A stretch of 64,000 nucleotides of DNA from Eledone cirrhosa (taxonomy: Eukaryota): NCBI GenBank assembly GCA_964016885.1, contig OZ024740.1, positions 324,384,001 through 324,448,000 on the forward strand. Reading direction: 5' to 3'. The position numbers and the translations under genes were made by a program. The stretch's first letter is position 1. Every line of letters starts with the position of its first letter. The notes beneath the pieces are model-generated. The model saw only the letters and a list, made by a program, of their open reading frames with translations. It searched no databases and was not told the DNA's origin. Of the stretch, positions 14,710 to 29,607 are shown one piece after another.

Positions 14710-14764
<55 letters not shown>

Positions 14765-14765
14765 C

Positions 14766-14832
<67 letters not shown>

Positions 14833-14833
14833 C

Positions 14834-14866
<33 letters not shown>

Positions 14867-14867
14867 C

Positions 14868-14948
<81 letters not shown>

Positions 14949-15009
14949 CTGTAATGATACCCAAGGCATCTGAAAAATTATAACTGGATGAAAGAAGTGG
15001 TTATTATTA

Positions 15010-15530
15010 TGTTCATCATCATCATCGTCAGCAACAGCATAATCATCATCACCGCCACCATCACCGCCACCATCATCACCACCATCATAACCACCATAAT
15101 CATCATCACCGCCACCATCATCACCACCACCATCATCACCACCATCATCACCGCCACCATCATCATCATCATCGGCAACAGCATAATCATCATCACCGCC
15201 ACCATCATTACCACCATCATCACCACCACCATCATCACCACCATCATAACCACCATCATCATTACCACCATCATCATCATCAATGTCATCATCAGCAACA
15301 TCATCATCATCATCACTGCCACCATCATAACCACCATCATCATCAATATCATCATCGGCAACAGTATCATCATCATCATCATCATTACCATCATCATCAT
15401 CAATGTCAACACCATCACCACCATCATCATCATCACCGCCACCATCATCACCGCCGCCATCATCATCAATGTCATCACCATCACCATCACCACCATCATC
15501 ATCATCATCATCATCATCATTATTATTGTT
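15010..15530. repeat. Compound (CAT/CAC)n trinucleotide repeat
   Basis: Direct inspection; source of the poly-D/G, poly-M and poly-I ORFs. Confidence 0.9.
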
Positions 15531-15821
15531 ATTGCTGTTGTTTTTATGAGAATGGGGAATAGAAAACGGAGAAAAGGTCATCAAGAACAAGAAGAACAAC
15601 AACAACAAAAGCAACATGAAATAAATTACAATTACAAAATCAACAGAAACCGATACCCCCCCCCCTTCCCCTCCAAAGTAATGGCGGAAATTGTGCAATA
15701 AAATTGAAAATGTGAAATACACGGCCAGGGAATATATATATATATATATCTATGGTAAGAAATTATAATAAAAATAGCAATAGTACAACATATATATATA
15801 TATGTATATATATATATTCAC

Positions 15822-15873
<52 letters not shown>

Positions 15874-15997
15874 ATAGATAGATACATATGTGAGTCTGTA
15901 TTTTATGAATACATATAGGTGTGTTATGTATATTATAAAAATATATATTTCATTTATGATACATATCATGAAATAAACTTATATATTTATATTTATG

Positions 15998-16028
<31 letters not shown>

Positions 16029-16675
16029 TTACACACACGCACACACATATATATTTATATATATACACATATACATATATATGTACACACACACACACAC
16101 ATATATACACACACATATATATACGCACACATATATATATATATGAAAGAATCAAACAAACTCAATTCAATAATAAGTAATAATAACATTAAAAAATGGA
16201 CTCCCAACAACGAACGCAACAAAGGATAGACAACCCTTCACCCTATCCACTCTATCTCTGCTTTCCACCATTCCCCTAGCTAGCCTCAATCTTTTATTTG
16301 TTTAGTTCTAAGGTCTGACACAGCAGATGGAATGCGTAAAAATCGGCGTTTTTGCTCAAAAAGAGAAATTATTACATACTTATTTGAAAGTAAATTTGTA
16401 TTTTTCTTGTTAATGTAATGTTTTTTTGTCTTCATACTCGCTCTCCTTAGCGTTTGATTATTCGTTAAGCTGTGATATTCATAGCAGGGTGTTTATTGCC
16501 TGGTGTTTATTGAAATATATATCAAGCCCAATGTAAGAATTGAAAACACTTCTACTAATAAAACAATGTATTCATGGAAGCCAGGGGAAAAAAATATATA
16601 ATCATTTGTAGTTATTATTACACAACAGAGCGGCCAACAAATGAGTGCGTGTCTGATTTGTGTTTATGTGTGTGA

Positions 16676-16774
<99 letters not shown>

Positions 16775-16788
16775 ATATATGTCTATAT

Positions 16789-16821
<33 letters not shown>

Positions 16822-17093
16822 CACATGTACGTATATGTATATGCATATATATATATATATATATATATGTAGATATGTATATATATATATATGAACGTAT
16901 ATATGTATGTATATATATATGTATATATGTATCTATATACATATATATGTATGTATATATGTATACATATATATGTATATATGTATACATATATTTATAT
17001 ATGTATATATATACATATATATGTATATAGATACATATATACATATATATATATGTATATATGTATACATATATGTATATATGTATATATATG

Positions 17094-17209
<116 letters not shown>

Positions 17210-17373
17210 TGTGTTTGTGCCCAGTGTTTGAGGACTACAGTGATGGATGTATTCGCGAAAATATAATAAAATAAATATTTCGGCATAGAAAAATACATAC
17301 ATATATACCCCCATACTCAATACGCCCAGATCACAGACACACAGGCATACGCGCGCAAACACACACACACATA

Positions 17374-17438
<65 letters not shown>

Positions 17439-17584
17439 ATACTTTGGGAGGGTCATGTTGCCAATAAGAAACACACGCACCAGTAACTTTCACTTCATTT
17501 TATTATAATAAATTTATAAATTTAGGATTTTATAAATTTACGGTTGGTTGGTTGGTTCCACAACCAGATGATTGTTTATATATT

Positions 17585-17627
17585 GTCAAAGTTCTTTCGT
17601 CATACATTCTGTGACCTCTTCAGTGAC
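17585..17627 (-). ncRNA. Minimal hammerhead motif in the 3' pLTR of PLE family A
   Basis: GTCA-CTGAAGA-g GTCA..TGAC-GAAA-g aa c-TT/TGAC; 4-bp stem I, very short stem III. Confidence 0.6.
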
Positions 17628-17826
17628 TGGGGATTCTTTTCTTTGTTTTTGTGCCTCTCCTTTGTTCTGTCCTACGCCATCTTGTTTTTGTGTGTGTTGT
17701 GTGCTTAGTTTACGCATGTGTTACATCCGGGTGTCTGTGTGTGTTTATATTTGTTTATTTATTTGTTTATTTACATGTTACTGGTTGGTTGTTTGTTCTA
17801 TGTGTGTGTGTGTTTTCATTTTGTCC

Positions 17827-20118
17827 TTAATTGTAAGTTGTGATGTTGCTATTCCATTCATGTTTTCTATTTACTTTTAGTTGGAGTTCATTTATGTTTA
17901 TTGCCTCTGTGATTTGTCTAAACATTGCGTCTTTTCTGTGTGTAGATTCTATTTTTATTTCTATGTTGTCTAATTTACCCCTATGTTCTATTTTAGCATG
18001 TTGGTAGAGTACAGATGATTCTTTACTATCTTGAAACTCTCGCCGTGTTTATTTATCCGTTCTCCTATGCTACGAGCTGTCTCACCTATGTACACTATAT
18101 TCTTATCTCTACATTGTCCTTCAGTACATCTTATGTTATATACTACATTTCTAGTTTTACAGTTAATATGGGGGCTTAATTTACAGATTATACATTTCTT
18201 ATCTATACAGGGAGGTCTTTGAAATGGTTATGTATTACTAATAAGTGTTTTTATGGAGGTACCTGGTCTTTCTACTATCTTAATATTGGCTTTATGTTTA
18301 TCTAGGGACCTTCTAAATTTGTAAGCTAATTCACCTCTAGGGGTTGTATCGATGAACATTACACTCTGGTATTTATTGCTATCATACCATGAGTTTATTC
18401 TATTAACCTTATTCCTAGTTCTTTCTATTCTATTCCAAAATTTGCTCCTATACAAGGGGCAGGTCCCATTTGTGTCATTATTTACCATTTTTCCCATTTG
18501 GTTATGGCTCCTCTATACACTCTGATTGTATCTCTCTGATTGTAACCAGAGAACTGCATACGGTGGATGAAGTGTTGTATGTGTCTCTAGTTCTTTGGGG
18601 TTGCACATGCGGGACACGTTTCTCATCACCCGTACCAAATCCGCAATCAGTATGTTGATTTTGGTATGGCCCGAAACAGCTGAGTTTCGGTGGATCAGAT
18701 ATTTGGAAGTCATGGGTTTGGCATAATGGGAATGGAGGATTTGTTTTTTGTTATTAATGGTATCTAACCAGAGCTCTGTGTCTAGTACAGGTAATCGATG
18801 GTTGGGGGTGTTTGCTTGGGTAGTCTATAGTAACTCTAATACTCTGGTGGATGGAGTTAGATATTTGCTGGATGCTTTCCATTGTGTTTTTCTCTAATTC
18901 CTGACTGTTCTTTAGTGGGGGTGTCTTAACTACGATGTTTATATCATCAACTTAGCGGGAGTACATTATCAGGGTTAAGGGGGTCTTCTAATTGTTCTTT
19001 AAGTTTAAGTTTAAGTCTACTGTCCCACCATACCATGAATAGGTTAGCTATGTCGCCTGCAATGCTAACACCAATGGCTGCTCCCTCCTCTTGGGCATAT
19101 GTTTTTCCATTAAATTTGAACATATGTTCCTTAAGGGTTAATTTTATGCTGGCCCCCACCGCATGTGCAATCATTTTCTTTGGTTGATCGTGGTTTTCGG
19201 GTGTCCGTATGGCTCTGGTCCACCCGTTCCATCTATCTGTGTGGGTTTTCTTCGCCATTGAGGTAACGGTAGGTGGTCTGCCTCTTGCTGGACTTACAGG
19301 GCACAGGTTGCTAAGGCCATATGTGTCTAGATAATTATTACTATAGCTAAGTTTAAGTAGGAGTCCCAGCTCACTGGTATCAATCCCACGGAATTCAACA
19401 TTGCTCTCACTGATCATTTCTACGCATTTCTCCACAGCAAAATCTACGTCAATAGATGGATACAGGGACACAACATCCATACTACCTATTATACATGTTG
19501 TTAGCTCCCTAGATCGGTTACTCTCGCCGATTCTGCTGAGGAGGTCCTCTGTGCTGTCACATATATCTGGGGATATTTCAATGATGGGGCGTATGATCAG
19601 CGAGAGGAAGTAGGAAAGTCTGTAGTTACTAGCAATGTTAGCTCCACAGACTGGCCGTGTTAGTGGTCCTGTGACAGGGTCACTGCTCGTTTTATGGTCT
19701 TTTCGAAGCCCATACAACGCTGGCATGTCATTGTTCCAGGCCTGGAAATTGTTGGCAGTCCTTTTGTTGGGCTGCATTATATTTGTCCACATCATCATAT
19801 GGGCATTGAGGGCTTTTCCCTATCCTCATGCTCTTGTGGTGTTACTTCTCTTGTGTTAGTGATGTGGGGTTGCATTGCCTGGATGTAGTTTGACAGACTG
19901 TCAACCGACATTCAGCCAGACTTGTCTGTTGGAAAGCATGCAATCTCTCCATTACGCGAGCGCTGCATGAGCTTACGCAAGCCATTTGCAGATTTTTCTC
20001 CCAGTTGCTGGGCCTCCATTCTATTATGCTTCTTGCTATACTGTTCTATAATATTTCTAAGTTTAGATCTAGCTATACTAAATTGTGCTTCTGTTTGTTC
20101 ATCGACCTGCGACGGCAA
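17827..20118 (-). pseudogene. Disrupted PLE ORF: reverse transcriptase plus C-terminal GIY-YIG endonuclease
   Basis: PTDKSG, LYGLRKDHK, RPVCG, SMDVVSLYPSID, QEEGAAIGVS; catalytic motif reads R*VDD (about 18940-18957); NVVYNIRC...IVYIGETARS (about 18065-18150); ends VNRKHEWNSNITTYN*; several frameshifts and stops. Confidence 0.9.
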
Positions 20119-20370
20119 TTGCGTGCGTTTGTTAAAATGAATGGAACAGCAACATCACAACTTACAATTAAGGACAAAATGAAAAGACACACGTACATAG
20201 AACAAACAACCAGCCAGTAACATGTAAATAAAAAAATAAATAAACAAATATAAACACACACAGACACCCGGATGTAATACATGCGCAAACTAAGCACACA
20301 ACACACACAAAAACAAGATGGCGTAGGACAGAACAAAGGAGAGGCACAAAAACAAAGAAAAGAATCCCCA

Positions 20371-20413
20371 GTCACTGAAGAGGTCACAGAATGTGTGACG
20401 AAAGAACTTTGAC
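20371..20413 (+). ncRNA. Minimal hammerhead motif in the inverted pLTR of PLE family A
   Basis: gtcactgaagaggtcacagaatgtgtgacgaaagaactttgac; stem II GTCAC/GTGAC. Confidence 0.6.
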
Positions 20414-20774
20414 AATATATAAACAATCATCTGGTTGTGGAATCAACCAACCAACCGTAAATTTATAAAATCCTAAATTTATAAATGTATTATAATAAAT
20501 TGAAGTGAAAGCAACTGGTGCGTGTGTTTCTTATTGGCAACATGACCCTCCCAAAGTATAACAATATCGGTTTCAACACACGTTTTCAGATAAAGAATCT
20601 TGCTAAACAAATTCAGAAACGAAATATATATATATATATATATACATATACACACATATATATACATATCATAAACCTACTGAAATATATTCATATATAT
20701 ATTTCAATATTTCTACATGTTCATTTACATATGTTTTTTAGCTTGTATTAATGTGCCCCCCCCCTCTCTCGCGC

Positions 20775-20885
<111 letters not shown>

Positions 20886-21815
20886 TCTCTCTCTCTCTCT
20901 CTTATTGTCTTATTTCGTTGTCCATTTTTTTTTCAGTTCTACATCATTACTCCCATATTTCTTTCCCCACTCTTTTGTTGCCCTTTCAATTCCCCCCGCT
21001 CGCTACCATTTTAATTAATTTTCTTCTAATTTTTAGTATATATTACTCTTTTCCTCTTTCTCTATCTCTAGCCACCTTTTCCCGATTCTTTTTTCTCACC
21101 TTTCAATCCCGGATTCTCTCATTTCATCATTAAATCAATCGTATACAACTCCCATTCCTTCCTTTATTTTTATATTCAATCACTCATTCAGTGTCAAGAT
21201 TATTCATTTATTCCCTCACTCATTCTCACTTTCCTTTACTATTGGATCGGGATGAAGATGGCCATTAGGAAGAACGAAGTACCGCGAGTTTCATTGTCCC
21301 TCTATGAACACCTCCATGCCATCCTCAATATTGTCCGCCGTGATGATGAAACCTTTTTTTAGGACACGTGATTTCCTTTATATTTTATACAATAAAAATA
21401 TACGGATTTTGTAAATTTCAACAATTATAAAACTGTTAGGGAAGAACATAGAAAAAAATTCAATATATGAGAAATTGCGCCACGAAAAGAAACACAAACA
21501 GACTATATTATGCTTTCTTATGTCATAATAGAAAATCAGTTTAAGAGGTGGGGAGAGCGGGACAGACGGAGGCAGTGACACTAGGAGTTTGGTCTCTTTG
21601 TGTTCGGACCTGGTGTATATGTATATATTTATTTACCGCACCACATGTTACATACATATACACAACATTTAAGAGACTGTTTAAGCACATCCATAAAAAA
21701 ATGGATAAGGATGAGCTTTTGAAGCATATCCTGCAAAAAAAAAAAAGAAAAAGAAAAAGAAGAAAAGGATAAGTGTGAGTCTTCGGACATCACGTGGACT
21801 ATCTAACAATTTATA

Positions 21816-22001
21816 ATTGTTTCTACTTTAGGCACAAGGCCAGCAATTACCCAGTGCATTACTGGTACTTTATTTTATCGACCCCGTAAGGATGAAAGGC
21901 AAAGTCAACCTCGGCGGGATTTGAACTCAGATCGTAAAGGGACGTAACTATGCTGGAAAGCATGGCGTCCGACCCTCTACTGATACTGCCAATCCACCGC
22001 C
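21816..22001 (-). mobile_element. Full-length young tRNA-derived SINE (family S1; central domain resembles the Meta-type domain) with TSD
   Basis: A box tggcagtatcagt, B box gagttcaaatccc, centre gactttgcctttcatccttacggggtcgataaaataaagtacc; direct repeat ctatctaacaatttata at 21799-21815 and 22002-22018. Confidence 0.9.
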
Positions 22002-22959
22002 CTATCTAACAATTTATATTGAAGGAAATTAATAGTTGCGTTAAATAAATGGATACTGGCAGGATCCCAAATATAGATTATAAAGGTAGAGTTCTTCTTC
22101 TTCAGACGGCGAAACATCTTTGTATTTAAACTGATGAGAAAAATCTCTCGATTTAGTTTTCCCTTTTTCTGGGAAGACTGGTTTTTCTTTTTCTATTCTT
22201 TTCTACTTGAATCCAAGCAGTAAGTCAGAACCATTTATATAATTTTTCAACATGATTCTGGTGGTATTTATGAAGAAGTGAAGTGAAGAGGGGTTTCATA
22301 TTCTTGTAAATATAATTGACTTGATGGCTTTCAATGTAGCAAGTGAAGCCTTGCTTTAAAATTATCAATATTCCTTACAGACCTCCTGTCTATTTACTAA
22401 ATCTTAGACAATTTTGTGCCCAAACTGTTTCACTTAATCGTTTACTTTACTTAGTAACGATAATTAGTACCGGAGCTCTGTGATGTAAATGGATACAGAA
22501 GTTTTAATGAACCACCTCTCCTTCCAGCATATCATATTTGGGGTTTAGCTATTGGTACTGGAAGATTATTTTCATGTACCAGAATGTATTTTATTGCATC
22601 AAAAGCACAACAAACATCTTCATAATCAGAAAAGAATTGTTGAAAATATATGTACTTTGGTGGCACATTATTTCACAGAAATAACGTTGACGAGAAAAAT
22701 CTTGGGTAACTCTAAGACCAATATCTAATTTGATAAATTTCTTCTTTTACCAAACTTAATCTTGCACTGTCTCACTATTTCATTGCGTTTTTATATGTCC
22801 CTTTTGCTATAGCTCTGATATTTTCTTCATTAAAAGGAGAGGGGGCGTATAGTCTACATGATCAGAAACTTCTAGATATGGGGAGCACAATAATTGGGAG
22901 ATATTGCGACCATTGATTTACTGAAACCAGCAAAGTATAGAAGAATGAACGACAATAGG

Positions 22960-23858
22960 CGAAAGGTCAACGAGGAAAGCAGTAAATAGGAACGACACTG
23001 TACAATGAAGATATATATATATATGAGTTTAAGGTTTGAGTAGGAAAAGAGTCTTAATGAGTCGCACGTTAGTCTTTCATCAGAAGATAGAATGAAAGAT
23101 AAAAGAATAAACAGAAAGATAGGCGGGAGTATGAAGGGGAAAACACGGAAAATAACTTTTTACGGGAGGAAAGCACGTGTGGTATTTTGTCAGCTATATT
23201 GAGGATGTTCGGCTCAGAATATGTTTTAGATATAAGAGAGTTTTAAAAGGGAGGTAATTCTTATATATTTTGAATTAACGTGTATGCGCATGTGTGTGCG
23301 TGTGGGTTTATCTGTGCAAAGTTATGAGGATATGAAGATCTGATGTAGGACAGATCGTGTCAAGGCTGCCGTTGGCGTTGTAGAGGTGTTAGTGTTTGCT
23401 GACCAACGCCGAGGGTGACAATGGGCGACCGGTTAGGTAGGCGTGCTGGCGTACATGTGTATGCTCGTTTTCATAGGCATACATGTGAGAGTAGTTCATC
23501 TACTTAAGTGTTCATGTGCGTATACAGGTACACACACACACGTAGAATAGAACTTAAGGTAGTGCAGGGAAAGGAAAATGGTGGCACATGCATATCCGTC
23601 ACCTCGTCACATGTCGTGGGTATGACTATAAAATATACTGCAAAGCATCACCTACGACGCTAAGACAATACAGCCGCACACTTCCGAACTACAAAGTGTA
23701 GAAGTATAGAGGCAGGATGAGGTTTGGGGAAGGGTTGGGGTATATTCCTGTTTAGGTGCGAAACGTTAACAGTCTTTTTTCTCTATATATCAAGTGTTGA
23801 AGTAATATATAACATCTTTAAATTGTAGTGTGCTATTTCCTTGTTGAATTTTGTCAAT
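22960..23858. mobile_element. Old PLE-derived element with divergent inverted termini (type D tails)
   Basis: Left end (aggaaaagagtcttaa...ctttcatcag, a deleted HHR core on minus) and right end (gcgaaacgttaacagtc...) resemble the tail at 48739-48838 and at 23911-24000. Confidence 0.45.
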
Positions 23859-23880
23859 ATATATATGTGTGTGTATGTGG

Positions 23881-23912
<32 letters not shown>

Positions 23913-24001
23913 AAAAAGTAAACAGAAATAACAAAGCAAACTCACAGTATAATGAAAAAATATATTGGTTTAACGCTTGAAATAACAGGAAAAATGTCAT
24001 A

Positions 24002-24090
<89 letters not shown>

Positions 24091-24105
24091 GTATATATAT
24101 ATATA

Positions 24106-24154
<49 letters not shown>

Positions 24155-24166
24155 TTAATATAGAAG

Positions 24167-24217
24167 AGATTCTACAGGACTAGAACTGTTTCATTCATTA
24201 GAAATCATCAGGAATCT
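24167..24217 (-). ncRNA. Type I hammerhead ribozyme in the left arm (family B)
   Basis: Exact reverse complement of 29557-29607. Confidence 0.8.
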
Positions 24218-25009
24218 GGGTATCAAAAAATAAATATGGTATTTATAGGTCTCTACAAGTGGTAGGAGAGGGTGGGGAGTGGGATGGGTGCAGGTCATTG
24301 GTTGATAGAGAAGGGAATTCATTAAAGGCTAATTCTACATAGCTATAGTTAATTTATATTTATTTATGTTTTTAGAGTAACAAAGGTAGACAGAAATCTA
24401 TAAACAAGTTCCGGATGGCATACCATTCCTTGTCAATAAGTTTCTCTTAAGCTAGCAGATGTCTATAAAATCAGTGGGGGGTCATTCATGCTCGATAGAA
24501 TTAAAGAAAAGGGAGATTCTTTAAAAGCTAAAGTCATTAAGTTCTGCTAAGTGACAAAGGTCTAGGGAATTCTGCAGACAGATTCAAAATACTGAGTGCA
24601 TATCTTACTATTATCTTCGAACTTCTCTTAAACTAATCAACAATATGCCAAATCAACAGACACATTCACAAAAAAACAAAAAACCCCAAAAAAAAACCAA
24701 AAAACCAGAAAAACAAAAAAAACAAAAAAAACAAAAAAAAAAAAAAAAAACCACACCTAAAAAAAAACCAAAAAAACACACATACTCACTCACACACTTA
24801 CGCGCAACCATAAACACACACATAAACACAAATACACACATAAAAACACACACACATATATAAAAAAAATTATATAAATATATACAAATATATATTCATG
24901 TACACGCACATACATACACACATACAAACATACATACATATATAAAATACATATACACATATACATACGCACACATATATAATATACATATATATATATA
25001 TATATATAA

Positions 25010-25068
<59 letters not shown>

Positions 25069-25189
25069 CACACACATACATATACATATATACACATATA
25101 TATATATATACACACACATACACACACACACACATACATACATATATATATACACATATATATACACACATACACACATATATACACAA

Positions 25190-25238
<49 letters not shown>

Positions 25239-25411
25239 CATATATACATATATATATATACATATATATATATATACACACACACACGGATACACACACA
25301 CATACACATACATACACACATACACACATATATATACACAAGTGAATACACTCACACGCATACATAGAAACACGAGTATACATATGTATAAATATCTATA
25401 CACACACACAT

Positions 25412-25498
<87 letters not shown>

Positions 25499-25585
25499 CA
25501 TATACACACATACATACACACACACATACACATATATACACATACATACATATATATATATATACATACATATATATATATACAT

Positions 25586-25628
<43 letters not shown>

Positions 25629-25693
25629 CACATACATACACACACACACATATACATACATATATATATATCTCTCTAAACACACACATACAA

Positions 25694-25747
<54 letters not shown>

Positions 25748-25748
25748 G

Positions 25749-25782
<34 letters not shown>

Positions 25783-25914
25783 TATATATATATACATACA
25801 CATATCCATACATACACAAACATACACATGCATACACAGACCTATACATAAATATACACATATATATATACAGAGATATAACGCACAAATACACACACAT
25901 ATATACATACACAC

Positions 25915-25970
<56 letters not shown>

Positions 25971-25986
25971 GCATACACACACACAT

Positions 25987-26022
<36 letters not shown>

Positions 26023-26104
26023 TTTTACACACACACACGCGTGCATACACACATACACACACCCACACACAAAATATATATACACACACACATTCTCTCT
26101 CTCA

Positions 26105-26416
26105 CCTTTAAGACCCGCTGGTATGCCCATACCCACTCCTTCAGAAGACCGGATAAATCAAACCAAACAACACTCGCCTCCTACGTTTGGGACCTCAAAA
26201 GGAACTCCACCCCCTTCACGCTGGAAAATACTCCAGAAAGCGCGCTCTTACGACGGAGGACACAAGGGCTGCGACCTTTGTATTTCAGAGAGTTACGAAA
26301 TTTTATTCGCCAAGGGCCCGCTACTGAACAAACTCTCTGAACACTGCCCGAACTGCATGCACAAGAACTTTGCAACATTCAAACACTTTAAGCCAGTATT
26401 AAAGCCCGATGGCTAA
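26105..26416 (+). pseudogene. C-terminal half of a PLE GIY-YIG endonuclease (one frameshift)
   Basis: [26 protein letters not shown] / [38 protein letters not shown], matching the PLE C-terminal pattern LSxYxWxLK..IKWxI..CxLCxxEK..LLNKRSE..CRH. Confidence 0.8.
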
Positions 26417-26671
26417 AAACGACCTCCCCCTATTGGCCCCTATACCTCCTCCCCACCCTACCCCCACCCCTCGTCAACCTGAAATACGGCCACTATGGTC
26501 ATGTGAGTACCTCTTTTGTATATACTTTTTCTGCCTGTAGAGGTGTCTTTATGTGCCTGTGTATATGCGTATATATACTGAGTACCTATTTACTTGTATG
26601 TGTATATATTTGTTTGTATATGTGTATATGTGTATGTGTTGTGTGTGTATATATATATGTATGTGTATGTG

Positions 26672-26704
<33 letters not shown>

Positions 26705-26725
26705 GTATGTATATTTATATATATG

Positions 26726-26760
<35 letters not shown>

Positions 26761-26898
26761 ATGTATATATGTGTATATATATATATGTTTGTGTGAATAC
26801 GTGTTTTATGTGTGTATATTTATGCAGGTATATGTTTGTATGTGTCTGTATTTATGTTTGCATGTATGTATGTATGTGTGTGTATGTATGTATATGTA

Positions 26899-26949
<51 letters not shown>

Positions 26950-27200
26950 GTATATGTACGTATATGTATGTGTATGTATATGTGTGTGTGTATGTATGTG
27001 TATGTATATGTATGTTTGTATATGTGTGTGTGTATATATTTGTCTGTATATATGTGTGTGTATGTATATGTATGTGTATGTATGTGTATGTATGTATATA
27101 TGTGTATGTATATATATATATATATATATATGGATATATATATATATATATTTATGTGTGTATATATATATATGTGTATGTGTATGTGTATATATATATA

Positions 27201-27238
<38 letters not shown>

Positions 27239-27272
27239 CGTGTGCGTGTGCGTGTATGTGTGTATAGGTGTG

Positions 27273-27315
<43 letters not shown>

Positions 27316-27563
27316 ATATGTATGTGTTTGTATGTATGTATATGTATATATGTGTGTATATATATATGTGTGTGTATTTGTGAGTGTATATGTACATATT
27401 TGTGTGTGTGTGTATGTACGTATGTGTATGTATATGTATGTGTATATGTATATGCATGCGTGTATATATATATATATGTATATATATGTATATATATATG
27501 TGTATGTATGTATGTGTATGTGTATGTGTGTGTATGTATGTATTTGTATGTGTCTGTGTATAT

Positions 27564-27677
<114 letters not shown>

Positions 27678-27762
27678 GCATGAGAGAGAGAATGTGTGTG
27701 TGTATATATATTTTGTGTGTGGGTGTGTGTATGTGTGTATGCACGCGTGTGTGTGTGTAAAA

Positions 27763-27800
<38 letters not shown>

Positions 27801-27817
27801 ATGTGTGTGTGTATGCC

Positions 27818-27870
<53 letters not shown>

Positions 27871-28002
27871 GTGTGTATGTATATATGTGTGTGTATTTGT
27901 GCGTTATATCTCTGTATATATATATGTGTATATTTATGTATAGGTCTGTGTATGCATGTGTATGTTTGTGTATGTATGGATATGTGTATGTATATATATA
28001 TA

Positions 28003-28036
<34 letters not shown>

Positions 28037-28037
28037 C

Positions 28038-28087
<50 letters not shown>

Positions 28088-28152
28088 TTGTATGTGTGTG
28101 TTTAGAGAGATATATATATATGTATGTATATGTGTGTGTGTGTATGTATGTG

Positions 28153-28197
<45 letters not shown>

Positions 28198-28294
28198 ATG
28201 TATATATATATATGTATGTATACATATGTATGTATATATATATATATGTATGTGTATATATGTGTATGTGTGTGTGTATGTATGTGTGTATATG

Positions 28295-28353
<59 letters not shown>

Positions 28354-28530
28354 ATGTGTGTGTGTATAGATATTTATACATATGTATACTCGTGTTTCTA
28401 TGTATGCGTGTGAGTGTATTCACTTGTGTATATATATGTGTGTATGTGTGTATGTATGTGTATGTGTGTGTGTATCCGTGTGTGTGTGTATATATATATA
28501 TATGTATATATATATATGTATATATGTATG

Positions 28531-28587
<57 letters not shown>

Positions 28588-28704
28588 GTATATATGTGTG
28601 TATGTGTGTATATATATGTGTATATATATATGTATGTATGTGTGTGTGTGTGTATGTGTGTGTATATATATATATATGTGTATATATGTATATGTATGTG
28701 TGTG

Positions 28705-28775
<71 letters not shown>

Positions 28776-29472
28776 TTATATATATATATATATATATGTA
28801 TATTATATATGTGTGCGTATGTATATGTGTATATGTATTTTATATATGTATGTATGTATGTATGTGTGTATGTATGTGCGTGTACATGAATATATATTTG
28901 TATATATTTATATAATTTTTTTTATATATGTGTGTGTGTTTTTATGTGTGTATTTGTGTTTATGTGTGTGTTTATGGTTGCGCGTAAGTGTGTGAGTGAG
29001 TATGTGTGTTTTTTTGGGTTTTTTTTAGGTGTGGTTTTTTTTTTTTTTTGTTTTTTTTTTGTTTTTCTGGTTTTTTGGTTTTTTTGGGGGTTTTTTGTTT
29101 TTTTGTGAATGTGTCTGTTGATTTGGCATATTGTTGATTAGTTTAAGAGAAGTTCGAAGATAATAGTAAGATATGCACTCAGTATTTTGAATCTGTCTGC
29201 AGAATTCCCTAGACCTTTGTCACTTAGCAGAACTTAATGACTTTAGCTTTTAAAGAATCTCCCTTTTCTTTAATTCTATCGAGCATGAATGACCCCCCAC
29301 TGATTTTATAGACATCTGCTAGCTTAAGAGAAACTTATTGACAAGGAATGGTATGCCATCCGGAACTTGTTTATAGATTTCTGTCTACCTTTGTTACTCT
29401 AAAAACATAAATAAATATAAATTAACTATAGCTATGTAGAATTAGCCTTTAATGAATTCCCTTCTCTATCAA

Positions 29473-29534
29473 CCAATGACCTGCACCCATCCCACTCCCC
29501 ACCCTCTCCTACCACTTGTAGAGACCTATAAATA
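29473..29534 (+). promoter_or_regulatory. Putative Pol II promoter in the pLTR (CCAAT plus TATA)
   Basis: CCAAT at 29473 and TATAAATA at 29527, about 30 nt upstream of HHR stem I; motif evidence only. Confidence 0.4.
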
Positions 29535-29556
29535 CCATATTTATTTTTTGATACCC

Positions 29557-29607
29557 AGATTCCTGATGATTTCTAATGAATGAAACAGTTCTAGTCCTGT
29601 AGAATCT
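29557..29607 (+). ncRNA. Type I hammerhead ribozyme in the 3' pLTR (family B)
   Basis: AGATTC-CTGATGA-t TTC taat GAA t-GAAA-CAG ttctagtc CTG-TA/GAATCT; 6-bp stem I, 4-bp stem III, GUA site. Confidence 0.8.

Larger units (their letters stand above)
17431..20622 (-). mobile_element. 5'-truncated Penelope-like retroelement (family A) with inverted pseudo-LTRs, inserted in (TA)n
   Basis: RT and GIY-YIG remnants between inverted repeats of about 430 bp (17431-17861 and 20137-20567); the right arm carries a 55-nt extension; (TA)n on both flanks. Confidence 0.9.

Noticed and set aside
14712-15722. 336-aa Asp/Gly-rich ORF resembling an acidic biomineralisation protein
   Set aside because: Compound (CAT/CAC)n repeat open in multiple frames and running into (TA)n; no gene structure evident
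18930-18960. In-frame stops as possible selenocysteine recoding (as in Naiad PLEs)
   Set aside because: The stop at the catalytic motif is TAA, there are frameshifts, and GIY-YIG is C-terminal; simple decay explains it
17431-20567. DNA transposon with 430-bp TIRs
   Set aside because: The interior encodes RT and GIY-YIG rather than a transposase, and the repeat includes the ORF 3' end, so these are inverted pLTRs
22125-22155. CTGATGA motifs at 22131, 3837 and 57158, and CTGAAGA at 56398
   Set aside because: No properly placed GAAA and/or no stem I/III pairing
22020-22870. Possible decayed minus-strand ORF (LINE ORF1-like)
   Set aside because: Too many stops and no diagnostic motif; unassignable by eye
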